Assembly (NCBI GenBank): GCA_025558095.1
Contig: JAIVFI010000007.1
Location: 682,001 to 746,000 of the forward strand
Reading direction: 5' to 3'
Origin: Hyaloraphidium curvatum SAG 235-1
Taxonomy: Eukaryota > Fungi > Monoblepharomycota
DNA: 64,000 bases
Shown: one piece after another, positions 1 to 11,184 of the stretch
Layout of the letters: each line of letters starts with the position of its first letter
How positions within the stretch are numbered: position 1 is the stretch's first letter
Translations under genes and position numbers: made by a program
Notes under the pieces: model-generated
Database searches by the model: none
The model's input: the letters and a program-made list of their open reading frames with translations, nothing else
What the model was told of the DNA's origin: nothing

Positions 1-1242
1 GCATGGAGTGAAAGGGACTCGGAAAGCGGTGGACCAAGACCATGCCACTGTGTCCGAGGTGAGGAGTTAGAGCTGCAGGACACCTAGTGCTCCCAACTAC
101 CCGAAGTCAGATAAGACTTGACCTCACATCATCCCCTTTCTCACTTGTGAATGGAGAGTTTACTGAGTTGCCCTTGCATTGCATATAAATATGCTTTTGC
201 AGCATTTTTTTTGGGGACCAGTTTACAGCGTCAGAAACCATGAAGGTGTCAGGAACCCCGTCAGGACCCAGGTGCCAGCTGGGCCCTAGTTGGGACGGAC
301 TGTACCCGAAGGAGGAGTACCTTGCCGGGGAAAGCACCAGGGACAAAGTGACATGCATGGCCCTTTGTGCTGTCACTCATCAGCCCAAATCTACCTCCCT
401 GGCATGTCTATATGCGATCACTGGCCAGTACCCTCTTGCAGTTCATGACCATGAGTCGGCTCTCAAGTTCCTCATGCGCATCAAAACAGCTGACCCTGCA
501 TTGTACCTGCTCTACAAGGAGCTCAAGATCGAGGCACTGAAGGGGTGCTGGAACTGGGCTGCCTTCCTGAGGGAACCACTTGTGTACTATGGTGGAGAGG
601 AGAGGAGGGAGATGTGGGAGAAGGACACTTTTTCATGGGCCAAGGAGACTGTGGAGAACCTTGTGAAGGGCAAGTTCAGGGAGATCAATGCCCAGAGGCT
701 CAAGGACAACGACAAACTGCACTTTTGGAGGATGTGTGACATGACCTTTGGCCACATCGGACCATCCCTGATCCGGGTGGAGAAGCACCGGAGGGATGTC
801 CAAAAGTTGCTGTGCTCTACCCACGACCTGGAGGTGGAGACAGGCAGGCACCAAGGACTTGAGGTGCAGCAGAGAACGTGCAAGCATGACCCTGAGCACA
901 TTGGAGACGAACAACACTTTCTGTTTCACTGTTCAGCAAATGCGGAGCGGCGCCAGAAGCTGCAGACTAGATTGGAAGCACTAGGCCGCGAGTGGAACAT
1001 GGAGACCTGGCTCTGGGCTCTTAGCATCAAGGAGTTCGAGCCCACGATCAAAGCGAGGCGGCAGAAGGAGAAGGCCCTCAACTCCATTGCCAGCTTCATC
1101 TCAAAGTCCATGAAGGACAGGAAAACTGGGAAAATGAAAAAGACACACGACAACGATGAACTTTGCAATTAGCAGCAAACTCATGGTGTAACAGCGGCCA
1201 AGCCAGGGGCAGGTCCGGGTCACCAATACTATTCTATTCTAT
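1..1242 (+). mobile_element. 3' end of a degenerate APE-type LINE (L2/CR1/RTE-X-like): post-RT region, C-terminal Zn motif and microsatellite tail
   Basis: ORF 240..1172 carries HDLEVETGRH..RTCKH..GDEQHFLFHC, typical of LINE ORF2 C-termini. It is followed by a short 3' UTR and CTATTCTATTCTAT at 1229-1242, abutting gypsy RT. Confidence 0.8.
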
Positions 1243-2925
1243 CTTCACCAAAATCGATGTAGCAGCAGCCTACTACCAAGTCAGAGTTGCCAAAGGCCAC
1301 GAGTGGAAAACTGCATTCAAAACTCGCTACGGAAGTTACGAGTACTTGGTGATGCCATTTGGGCTCAGGAACGCACCCAGTGCTTTTCAGCGCTACATGA
1401 ATACGATTTTCATCGAGTTCCTGGACGATTGGTTGGTATCTACTTGGATGACTTGCTGGTATACGACAAAGACCCAAGCAAGCACGCAGAGCACGTGAAG
1501 CAGGTGCTGCAGGTGTTGAAGGACAACAACTTGCAGGCCAGGCCACACAAATGCGTCTGGGACGCAACGGAAGTCATCTACGCAGGTTTCCTGATCACGG
1601 AGAAAGGGTACCAGCCACACCCGAAAGATGTCAAGGCCATCCTGGATTGGGCGGAACCCAGGAATGTAAAGGAACTGAGGACGTTTCTTGGCTTTGCCAG
1701 CTACCTGCGAAGATACGTGGAAGGGTTTGCAAGGAAAGCAATGCCCCTCTACAAGTTGTTGAAGAAAGAGCAAGCATGGGAGTGGACAAAGGAATGCAGG
1801 AAGGCGTTTGAGGACTTGAAACGCGCATTCACAACACCGCCACCAGTGTTGCTCCACCCTGACTTTGACAAGCAGTTCGTGATGGAGACGGACAGTTCTG
1901 CTTTTGCGATCAGTGCAATTCTGTTGCAGCAAGGGGAGGATGAACAGCTGCACCCGGTGTGCTACTTCTCAAGGGCAATGTCGAAGACCGAAGGGGACGA
2001 CTACGACACGCTTGACCAGGAGATGCTTGCAATCAAGGAAGGATTTGCAGAATGGAGGCACTACCTGGAAGGAGCAAAGCACAGAACGATTGTGTACTCC
2101 GACCACCACAACCTGCATGCCCTGTCAAAAGCAGTGGTTCTGAAAGGCAGACACGCCAGATGGGCACAGTTCTTCATGCGGTTTTGGTTTGAAATCAGGT
2201 ACAAACCGGGCAAACAGAATGGAAAGGCAGATGCATTGTCAAGGAAGCCACAGTTTGAGCCAAGTGAAGACCAACTGCTGGAGCAGAAGGAAAGGACAAT
2301 CTTCACGAACGAGAATTTTGTGCTGATGGCATTGCTTGCTGATGAAGAGGACGAAGATCTGTGGGAACGGATCAAAGGCCTTCAAGAAGAGGATCCTTTG
2401 GTTCAAGAGCTGAAGACATGGCTACTGAGCAGAGGCAAGGAACCAAGGCCAGACATGGGACACTTCTCACTGGACGAAGGAGTGCTGTACCATGGAGACG
2501 CAGTGTACGTGCCAGAAGAGCTTCGAAGGGAAGTTTTGGAGAGCAGACATGACAGCAAACTCGCGGGACATTTTGGGGTCAAGAAAACACTGGAGCTCGT
2601 GGAAAGAGACTTCTGGTGGCCCAAAATGAAGAAGGTCGTGGAGGCATACGTGACGACATGTGACACTTGCCAAAGAAGCAAAGCGAATCGTCACAAGCCC
2701 TACGGAGAACTTCAGCCTTTGGGGGTACCTGAGAGAAACTGGTCATCAATCTCAATGGATTTCATTGTAGAACTACCTGAGTCTGAGGGCAGAACATGCA
2801 TTCTCACAGTTGTAGACAGACTCTCCAAACAAGCGCACTTTCTGGACTTCAAGAAGCTGCCAGATTCGGAACAGACGGCAAAGAAGTTCCTGAAGCACGA
2901 TTTCAAAGAGCATGGTTATACGTGA
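1241..2925 (+). mobile_element. Ty3/gypsy pol fragment (RT - RNase H - integrase), frameshifted and truncated
   Basis: [27 protein letters not shown] in one frame, then a frameshift near 1438 into YLDD. RNase H ETDSS..YSDH; integrase H..GHFG..CDTC and SMDFI..VVDRLSK. The ORF stops inside the integrase core. Confidence 0.95.
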
Positions 2926-3095
2926 GCTGCTGCTACACATTGTAGAGTACGATATCGTCGTTTTCGCTGAAGCAAGGTGGACGGGCAAAGGCGAGAAGCG
3001 GACTTGGGAGGAGCATATGAGCAACAACGCTTTGTTCCCCTGGTCGCAGGCGCCCAGAGACAGGTGCGGATGAGGCAGGTGGCGTTCCTGGTGTT
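2921..3095 (+). mobile_element. Small fragment of a LINE AP-endonuclease N-terminus
   Basis: Frame from 2921 reads RELLLHIVEYDIVVFAEARWTGKGE, resembling the RTE-type APE motif DIxxLxExRWxGxG. It is followed by a stop. Confidence 0.55.
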
Positions 3096-3100
3096 TGTTG

Positions 3101-3365
3101 TGTTATTCCTTTTTCCTTAGAGCCGCCCTCCTAGGTTATTGTCTAGCCAAGATCCACCCATCCATCCAAGTCCAACATCAAACTCCAGGACCAACTCCAA
3201 CTCGATCCGACGGCTCCAAACACATCCATCCATCCCCAGCAACACTCCCCCATTTGGAGGCGAGTGGATCGAGTGGAGTCCCCCACCGCGTGCTCCTCCA
3301 CGCCCCGGGAGTGAGTTCCTCGGGCTGCCTAGGCCAGGCTCCCTGATGTCACATCGCACGTCACA
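3101..3365 (-). repeat. Putative 3' LTR of the Ty1/copia element
   Basis: On the minus strand a purine tract GGGGGAGG is immediately followed by TGTGAC (from 3365), and the segment ends ..ATAACA (3101). It lies downstream of the copia RNase H. The left edge could be 3092-3101. Confidence 0.65.
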
Positions 3366-3577
3366 CCTCCCCCCAAGCCCGGGCGATCCAATCGCCGTAC
3401 AAGGCTCCCCCAGAGACCATACATGCAAAGAAAGTACAAGACACAATACAATCCAGAGTTACACGTAGAGAAACGCCCCCAGAAAACCAAGGAACGGCTG
3501 CCCACTAGCCTCAGGCTCATCACGGGCAGAGATTCCCGGCAGGGTCTGGCTCGCAGAGAACGCTGGCCTCAGGCCCA

Positions 3578-4033
3578 TCACGTACTGGAAGCCGAACCCG
3601 GATCAAGATCCACAACACCAATGCGCGCACGGAAAATGTCAAAAGGGGCCGGAGCTAAAGGCTTGGTAAAGCCGTCCCCAAAGTTGTCGTCTGACACCAC
3701 CCGCGCAGTTTCAATGGTTCCATTTTGCACAGTGTCGCGAACGAGGTGGTACTTGATATCGATGTGCTTCGTGCGCTCGTGGAACTTAGGATCACGAGCG
3801 AGCTGTTCAGCAGACTTGTTGTCCTCGAAAAGTCGCGTAGGTGTCGTCCGCGCAAAGCCAAGTTCCTGCAGGATGGAGCGCAGCCAGAGAATGTTGCGAA
3901 CTGCATGCGCCATAGCAACATACTCGGCTTCCGTAGTAGACTGTGCAACAATGGATTGCCGCTTGGTCAGCCAGGCAATGCTGGAAGCACCCATGAGGAT
4001 GACGAGACCCGTGGTCGACTTGCGGGTCATCAC
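3578..4033 (-). mobile_element. Ty1/copia RNase H fragment
   Basis: TRKSTTG..AWLTKRQSIVAQSTTEAEYVAM..EDNKSA..HERTKHIDIKYHLVRD..DGFTKPL. The 5' side is cut by the Helentron end. Confidence 0.93.
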
Positions 4034-7000
4034 AAAATGAGTGCATGGGGCAAGAAGCAAGCTTCTTGCTGCACAGTGCCTTTTGACAAGCCGAAAATTG
4101 TATTCAAGCCCAACATACTACAAAGCCATCAACTCCTCGTAGAACTCTCGGTGCCGTGCCTCGGTGTGCGTCCAAATCTCCTCCAATCGAGCCGTCTCGT
4201 CCACCACGTACTCCGGGCGGGAAGGGGCTACGTAGTGCTGTGATGGTGGCAGCATCCATGGGTCAACAATGGGTGCAGTCAAAACAAAGTCATCCAACGT
4301 CGTGAATCGTGAGAGCGCGGTGTACATGCGCTGGATCTGTGATCCTTTTGCTGACGGATTGTGGATCAATCTTCAAATCCAGCACCACCCCAGTCAGTGT
4401 TTGCCCTTGGGAAAAGTGCACAGTCATGGCATCGCATGGAGTGAGCTTGATCTGCTTCCTGGTCACTCCGATGTCCTTCTTTCGGTCCCCCGGCATCTTC
4501 AACTGCACCATTTTGGATGCTGTTTCTGCTGATAGGGGGATATGGTTCGGTGGCAACCCTGCCAATTTGAACGGTCGCAATGGGTCCACGACCTCCACAA
4601 TGACGTAGTCAGGAACAGGCACGTTCCGAACGTCTTGCCCAGGGTACCGAGAGTCAAAGGACCACTGCTCGGGAGTCAGGGGGTTCTTCCAGATGATGCG
4701 TCGAAGGATCACCACTGAACCATTGCAAGCCCCCACAGAAGTGGCCACATTGGCACGCAGGAAATACCGGTGCCCAATCACCAAAGGCAAAACACCCAAG
4801 AGGTAGTCCAGTTGAGCATCCAACACTGCAAGAAGGCGGAGCTCTTCCACGGGAGTAAAAGCCTTGTGGCCTTCGTAGGGCTTGTCCATTGCTTTGACCA
4901 GGAACACAGTCAAGCCGTGCCGTGCAGCAAATTCAAACACTCCGTCCATGGCAAACGCCTCCTTGGCAAGGTTGGTGTAGGTGAGCACACTGAGGTCACG
5001 GTAATGTTCATCCGACACGCGAATCAGTCTTCCTTCTCGCGGATGAGAAGCAGGGTATCTTGCAAGCCCAAGTGCTCGGCCATTCACGAGGTTGATTTGG
5101 TGGTCAGTCACGTTATTATTTCTCTTGGCTCCCGGTTGTGGGACAGTGCGCATGGCTTCCAGAAGGCTCGTGAGTCTGGGATCCTGTGACCGGCGATTCT
5201 GCTGCAGAATTACGCATTCTTCGAAAAAGTTCACCCAAAGAAGACGGCCCTGAACCAGGGCGAGTGATTTTGCTTGCTTTGCAGGGCCTGCACTGGCCAA
5301 TGAGACGGCCCCCACAGGTGGTAGCTGGTAAAAGTCGCCGCAAGCCTTGATGTGGGTGCCTCCAAACATGGGCATCTCGGTGACGTCGATGCCAGGGTAA
5401 TCAGCGGCCCTGATCTTCTTGAAGGCATAGTCCAGTATGCTGAGGAGCAATTGACCAACCATTCCCATCTCATCCAAGACGAAGAACCAGCAATCTTGAA
5501 GCTCTTCCCTCAGCTTGTGGATGTTGCGGTCCGCACACGCCTTGTAGTGCTCCTTCTGGCCGGGCTTGCCATCACCTCCAACACTGGCAATCCGCTTCTC
5601 TACGCCTTCCCGGATGTCTGGGTCCTCGACAACGCATACAGGAAGATACTCAGGCACCCCGTCCTCCGGAAGGTTGCATGCCTCATCAATCTCAATGTCC
5701 TCATAATCCGGGTTGTTTTTCTTCAACCACCGCAGAAATGCAAGCACTTTCTGCTTCCTGATTCGCATGGTTCGTACGAATGATGGATCATCACGGGCTT
5801 TACCACTTCCTAGAAGAACAACCACAATTTCCCCAGCAAGGTCTTCCAGTGCATGGGGCAGCTTCTTCGCCACGCCATTGTTGTCCCCTGGTACAATCAC
5901 AAAACTCCCTCGGAGGGCAACATGCTCTCCTTTGTGTCCCTGAGGTTCAGTGAGGTGCACAATGGTCATTCTCGACCTAACAGCAGCGCATACAATCTTC
6001 TCGCAGTACGTGAGGTCGGCAAACTGCTTGGGCAGAGGTCCAGTCCAGTTTCCGTTTGCCAAAGCCACGGCCGGAGTTTTCTTTTTGTACCCGTGGTGGC
6101 AATCACCGCACAGGCGAACAACGCGCACCCCGCCGGGAGTTGTATGAATACCCTCTTTTTGCAGTACCATGTCATCCGCGAAAAACTCGGCGCGCAACTC
6201 GGGGTTATCCGCGACGGTTGGGTGAAGCAAAAGGTCGGCAGGCGCCGTGAAGAGTCCGCTTTTTTCCACGTCCACGTAGTTGACGGTGGTGGAATGACGC
6301 TTGAAGCACAGACGCGCACACAACCCGCAGACTTCCTGCTCCATGGCTTCCTCACTGACTGCATTCAACCAGGCTTCCATGCACTTCATTCGTTCCGCAT
6401 TGTTTTCTGGAGGACAAGCAAACCCGTGTGGAACGTTGCAGGGGTCGACACGGACGCTGGCACACAGATCCCGAACGGTCTTGACGAACCGAGCGCGGGC
6501 AAAGCCCTTGGTAGTTCAGTAGGTGGGATCGACAAGGGGGTCCACCGAGGAGGCTGCCGAATCTGCCGAGCGCGGCCTGTGAGATCACTACCATGAAGCG
6601 AAGCCGCCTGCCACGAACTGTTGCCACTTGCTGACGCGGAAGTGCCGCGGCCGGGCGCAAAAGGGACGGGCTCCGTCCGGCCGGCCGTGTCGCGCTCGAG
6701 ATTTGTGCCAGATGAACCTAAGAAGAGAAATAAAACCAACGGTCGAAGCGGGACCGAACGTGCGGAGGCAAACCTGCAATCGGGATGTCAATGTCCATAG
6801 GATCCACACCGCGTGTGCCCCCGGCCCTCGCGCTTTCGTTTCCGCAACAATCGCGATCTGCGGGACGGAAAGCAAAATGAGGCCGGAAGGCACGCGCAAA
6901 CAGACAACGCACCCAGGATCGGGTCAACGGTCACCGGACTTGCCGCTCCCGCTACCCGAACACGCTTCTTGGTGGATCCTGCAAGGCACAGCAATCATGA

Positions 7001-8140
7001 TCTGCCCTTGCACATCAAGCGCCTCTCAAACCCACCCAACGTAGTGCCCGCAATCGGCGCGTCCGTGGGTTGCGTGGCCCGGCGTTTGGTGGGTGATGCT
7101 GGAAGGGAGGGTCAAAAGGTGCAACGCGTTGCGCCCAAATCGGCGTCCGCCCACAGTGCCGGGAGCAGGCCTCGGATCCGAGATTGGTCTTTTCCACCTC
7201 GAAGGTTTCGGAACACGCTGCACGCGATTCGCAATCAGAACACCCGGCGGGGCTGCGCACGACCGTGTCCAACCTTCCCCACATTCAGAACTAACACATC
7301 CGTCGTCATGCCACGACTCTGCAACGGCAAAAGAAACGTCCTCTTCGCGCGCGTAGATAACGACCGTGTGAGCGGCGGCAACGGGTGCTGTGACGCCGCG
7401 CTCAACGCACCTGACCGTGCACGACGCCGAGACTTGTTCTTCGCAACGGCATTCCGTGCCCGAAGTTCGGCGCGTTCCTCTTCCGACATAGACGCTACTT
7501 TGACGCTTTGGAGCACGCGGTTGTAGATCGTCCTTCGTTGAGCTGCGGAAAGGGATGGAGTGCGTCGTACCGCGTCCGCCACTGCGGCCTTGGCCGCGGC
7601 CGCGGGGCTCTGTTTCGGAATCGCGGTTTCTGGCGGCGTGCCAACGGTCGGGAGAACAGGCGACAACGAGCCAGGGAGCTGACCCGACGGCGCGCTCATC
7701 GCGCCGTTGTCCGCGAGCCACTACGGCCGGGAGGGGTCAACGCGGTCGGTGTAAGCTTCGTACCGCCTTACCCCGTAAACCACTGCACCAGAACCGCCAA
7801 AAGAAGTCGCCCTCGTGAATGCTAGGTGCAGAACGGCGACCGCGGCGCAGAAGGCCACCAAGCGACCGCAGGCGGAGACCCTGGTCCGCACTGAACTGCA
7901 GCACCCGCCGGCACACAACGGGGCGCAGCGAGCGACACGGAAAGCGCCCCCGTGCAGACGCCGATGCTGCCTGAGCAGAGAGGCACACGCCGGTCGTCCG
8001 CGTCTGGTTCGGTGTTGGCCCCGCCACGGTGATAATCCCTTGCTGAGGGACATTCGTCTTGCCCCCCTCCCCACTTGCCACACACTTTTTCCCCAACCTT
8101 TTGACTCGATTTTGTACCAAAATCTATAGTCAAAAGGCAA
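4034..8140 (-). mobile_element. Helentron/Helitron2-like element, internally deleted (non-autonomous)
   Basis: 11-bp subterminal inverted repeats TGCCTTTTGAC at 4077-4087 and GTCAAAAGGCA at 8129-8139; 5' hairpin 8097-8106/8128-8137; 3' palindrome GCAAGAAGC-AA-GCTTCTTGC at 4050-4069; T-rich ends; encodes DUF6570-like and PIF1 helicase domains. Confidence 0.85.
4118..6389 (-). pseudogene. Helentron transposase remnant: DUF6570-like domain joined to the C-terminal PIF1 helicase; HUH Rep and Walker A absent
   Basis: ALANGNWTG..IRKQKVLAFLRWLKKNNPDY is followed by VLDEMGMV, FGG..GDFYQLPPV, NGS and MTVHFSQGQTL. A frameshift near 4370 leads into YTALSR. The deletion junction is near 5580. Confidence 0.85.
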
Positions 8141-8207
8141 GTCTTGCCTCCATAACACCCAAGCACCTTGCATCTGAAGTCTCCAATGATAACCCAGGCA
8201 GCAAAGG

Positions 8208-11126
8208 CTACAACCTTGCAACGCCTGCAAAGGAAGCAAGACCTGCCTCCTGTCTGGCTACAACACGAGCAGCATAGTACATCCCATGCGCATATGCAGC
8301 AGCAACCTTGTTTGCATCATGGGCAATGTATGACGTGAGGGAGAGCCAAATGATGGCAAGCCATGCATGATGCCGGACTGAGAAACACGCCAGTGCCTCG
8401 GATGGCCAGTCAGCAAGACCATCCTTGATGGTGGCATCTCCAGCTGCAGAAACAGGCAACCCGTACTGGACCGCAGAGTTTAGGGCATCGTATCCCGAAA
8501 GTGCATAGAGCACCTTGGCTTGGTCGTACTCAGGTGGGCCATAGATCGAAGTCTCCCCGAAGTAACCCCTTGGGTCAATAAGTGCAAGGTTCCTGCCGTC
8601 CTGGGACACGAGAACGTTGGAAAAATTGACGTCTCCATGGATCAGAGTGTAACCGGCATCGCGGGAGCCCGATCTCCAAGCAAGCACCGAATGACAGGCC
8701 GCTGCCACGGCGGCCACATCCCCGCCAAAGGGCAACGGTACGCCGTTCACGCTGCGGATGCCAAAGTGCCGCCAAATGGTCTCCACCGAGGCACAGCGGG
8801 ATATGACCTTGTCGAGCGCCTCGATGCGCAGGTCCCGGGCGGCTTGCTCGGGCGTGGGCTGCGACGGCGCCGGCACAGCGTGAAGCGGAGCAAGCAGGCC
8901 CAGCACGCGGCGAACGAGGTCGGCGGTACGCCTTGCACAGGGATCCCCATCCAGCCAGACTGCGACCGGGATGCCGTCGATGGCCTCCATGGTAAATGAG
9001 GCTGCAGCATCGTCGACATGCAGGATCCGAGGTGCGCGTATGTCCAGCTCCTTCACGGCGTCGTACCAGGCGAGCTCGCGTGCCTGCAGAGCCCGAGCAG
9101 GGTCCGTAAGCGCGGTCTTGCGCACTCCCGAGTCGCCGACACGTTCAACGCGGTTGAACGGTCGGCTGACCATGTCGTCGGCGCCGCCACGGGCGGCACC
9201 GGCTGCCTTTATGGCCGCGGCGTACTTTGCGGCGTCCCCAACATCGAGCAGACCGGGGAGAGCGACGGTCTCAAATGCACCAAAGTTGTCGACAAACACG
9301 TCGGCCACATCCTCGCCGTCCGTCCAGTGGCGGAGCCCGCGGAAACCGTGCACGAGGTACAGGCCGACAACGTTCCCGCCTCGGCCGTCGGGCAGCTTGT
9401 CCAGGCGCCCATCGCGAGCGAGGTAGCGGCACTGATCTCCGTGCACAAACACGGTCGTGTGCCGCTGTCCGAGGCACGTACGCAGAGCATCGGCTGAAGG
9501 AGCCTCGGGCACGATGTCGCCCCATGCAATCAGCAGGTTGGATCCCCAATCCTTGCGCCCCAGGGTGTGCGCCACCGTGGCGGCAGTGCCGTCAATGCGG
9601 TCGTACGTACGGATCTCGATGCTCCGGATGCCTCCGGCGGATGCATCGTTCTTTCGGGCCGCAAGGTAGGCGTCGGCGTAGAATTGCGTCAGATCGGCGT
9701 GAGCGGGTCGTACGATGATGATGGCTCGTTCGGTGACGGTGCCGTAAGCGTCCAGGATGTGGTCGAGCAACGGGCGTCCATCCAGCGGAACCAGGGGTTT
9801 AGGCACATCCTTCGTCATGGGATAGAGACGCGTGGCAGCCCCGCTTGCAACCAGCACGACTGCATCAACGGCGCGGGAGCTGCTCTTTCCAAGCAAGCCT
9901 GCGGGGTGCCTTCGCTGAAAGGTCGACGACGAGACCCCCTTTGCCTGGGCGACCGCGACACCGAGAACGTCCAGGAACGCCATCAATGCGGCCGAGGAGA
10001 CGGTAGGGGCCATGTTGATGTTGTCGATCTCGACGAATCCCTTCTCGCTCATGCAGGCCGAGAAGTCGCAGGCCGATGCCAGCGGCCCTCCCGGCTGCAG
10101 GGTGATGGCGACCTGCAGATTCCCGAAGCCCGCATCGCGTACGTAGCTGGCACATTTCACCAGCTCCTCCGTGGTGCCAGAGTTGGACACATATACGAGA
10201 AGATCGTCCGGAGCGATGCCGCCAAAGTCGCCGTGGAAGAGGTTGGGCACGCTCGCAGTCTGCGCTCGCAGCCCCATCGAAGTCCAGGTAGAAACCGACT
10301 TGGCAGCCACCAAGCCGCACTTGCCGATGCCGAGCAGATAGGTGTGGCCGCGACACGAGGCCACGAGAGGCACGAGCCACCGCAGGGCTGATCCACCCTG
10401 CTCGGGCTGCAGAACCTCGCGCAAAGCGCTTGTGTAGAGGCGCGCCGACCGCTCGACGAGCATTTTGATGGCAGGAGCCTTGCCGACGGCGAAGCGATCG
10501 AGGAGCTCCAGCCGAAGGTCGGCGAGAGACTTGACCGTCTTGACTGAATGATCAGCGGCACAAGCGGCCACGCAGCCGGCCGGGCACGACTCGACTGCGA
10601 TGCACGGCAAACCGGCCGCACGGGCAGCGGCGATACCCCGCGGCGTGTCTTCGACGGCGACGGCGGCGCGGGCTGCGGGGTCCAGGGCCAGGGCCCGCAC
10701 GAACCCCTCGGGAGAGGGCTTGGAGGCTTTGCACACATCGCGCGTGACGAATCGCTCGACGGCACGCAGCTCGGGGTGCGCGGCCTTGAGCGTGGCCAGC
10801 GACGCCGAGCTCGAGTGCGTCACGATGCACGTCTCGATGCCGGCCGCGGTGAGGGATCGCAGCAGTTCTCCCGCGCCTGGGGCCAGCGGCGGCGGCGAGC
10901 GGCGGAGGGCGGCGGCGTATGCGCGCGCCTTGGCGTCGCGCAGGCCCGGCAGGCCGCGGACCGACGGCGGCTCGACGGGCTCCGTCGCGTGCTGCATGGC
11001 GCAGTACTCTTCGGCGGTCAGCGCCGGGCGCCCGAACGACGCCAGCGCCTCATTGTACGCGGCGTGGTGCAGCTGCTCGCTCGCGATCAGCGTGCCGTCC
11101 AGGTCGAACAGCACGTAGTCGACCAT
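8208..11126 (-). CDS. Intronless four-domain sugar-phosphate/nucleotide-sugar enzyme: HAD phosphatase + KdsD/KpsF-like SIS isomerase + NTP transferase + APH-like kinase (~972 aa)
   Basis: HAD: FDLDGTL, KPSP, VEDTPRG. SIS: GIGKCG, HGDFG, SNSGTTEE, APTVSS, HPAGLLG. NT: ASGAATRLYPMTKDVPKPL, WGD. Kinase: HGDVNFSNV, IDPRGYFG, YDQAK. Likely ATG at 11126. Confidence 0.9.
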   Translation of the reverse strand: MVDYVLFDLDGTLIASEQLHHAAYNEALASFGRPALTAEEYCAMQHATEPVEPPSVRGLPGLRDAKARAYAAALRRSPPPLAPGAGELLRSLTAAGIETCIVTHSSSASLATLKAAHPELRAVERFVTRDVCKASKPSPEGFVRALALDPAARAAVAVEDTPRGIAAARAAGLPCIAVESCPAGCVAACAADHSVKTVKSLADLRLELLDRFAVGKAPAIKMLVERSARLYTSALREVLQPEQGGSALRWLVPLVASCRGHTYLLGIGKCGLVAAKSVSTWTSMGLRAQTASVPNLFHGDFGGIAPDDLLVYVSNSGTTEELVKCASYVRDAGFGNLQVAITLQPGGPLASACDFSACMSEKGFVEIDNINMAPTVSSAALMAFLDVLGVAVAQAKGVSSSTFQRRHPAGLLGKSSSRAVDAVVLVASGAATRLYPMTKDVPKPLVPLDGRPLLDHILDAYGTVTERAIIIVRPAHADLTQFYADAYLAARKNDASAGGIRSIEIRTYDRIDGTAATVAHTLGRKDWGSNLLIAWGDIVPEAPSADALRTCLGQRHTTVFVHGDQCRYLARDGRLDKLPDGRGGNVVGLYLVHGFRGLRHWTDGEDVADVFVDNFGAFETVALPGLLDVGDAAKYAAAIKAAGAARGGADDMVSRPFNRVERVGDSGVRKTALTDPARALQARELAWYDAVKELDIRAPRILHVDDAAASFTMEAIDGIPVAVWLDGDPCARRTADLVRRVLGLLAPLHAVPAPSQPTPEQAARDLRIEALDKVISRCASVETIWRHFGIRSVNGVPLPFGGDVAAVAAACHSVLAWRSGSRDAGYTLIHGDVNFSNVLVSQDGRNLALIDPRGYFGETSIYGPPEYDQAKVLYALSGYDALNSAVQYGLPVSAAGDATIKDGLADWPSEALACFSVRHHAWLAIIWLSLTSYIAHDANKVAAAYAHGMYYAARVVARQEAGLASFAGVARL

Positions 11127-11184
11127 TGGTCGCGGTGACTCGATGGGGATCGCGGTGACGAGTAGGTCCTTAGTACCGTTTACA

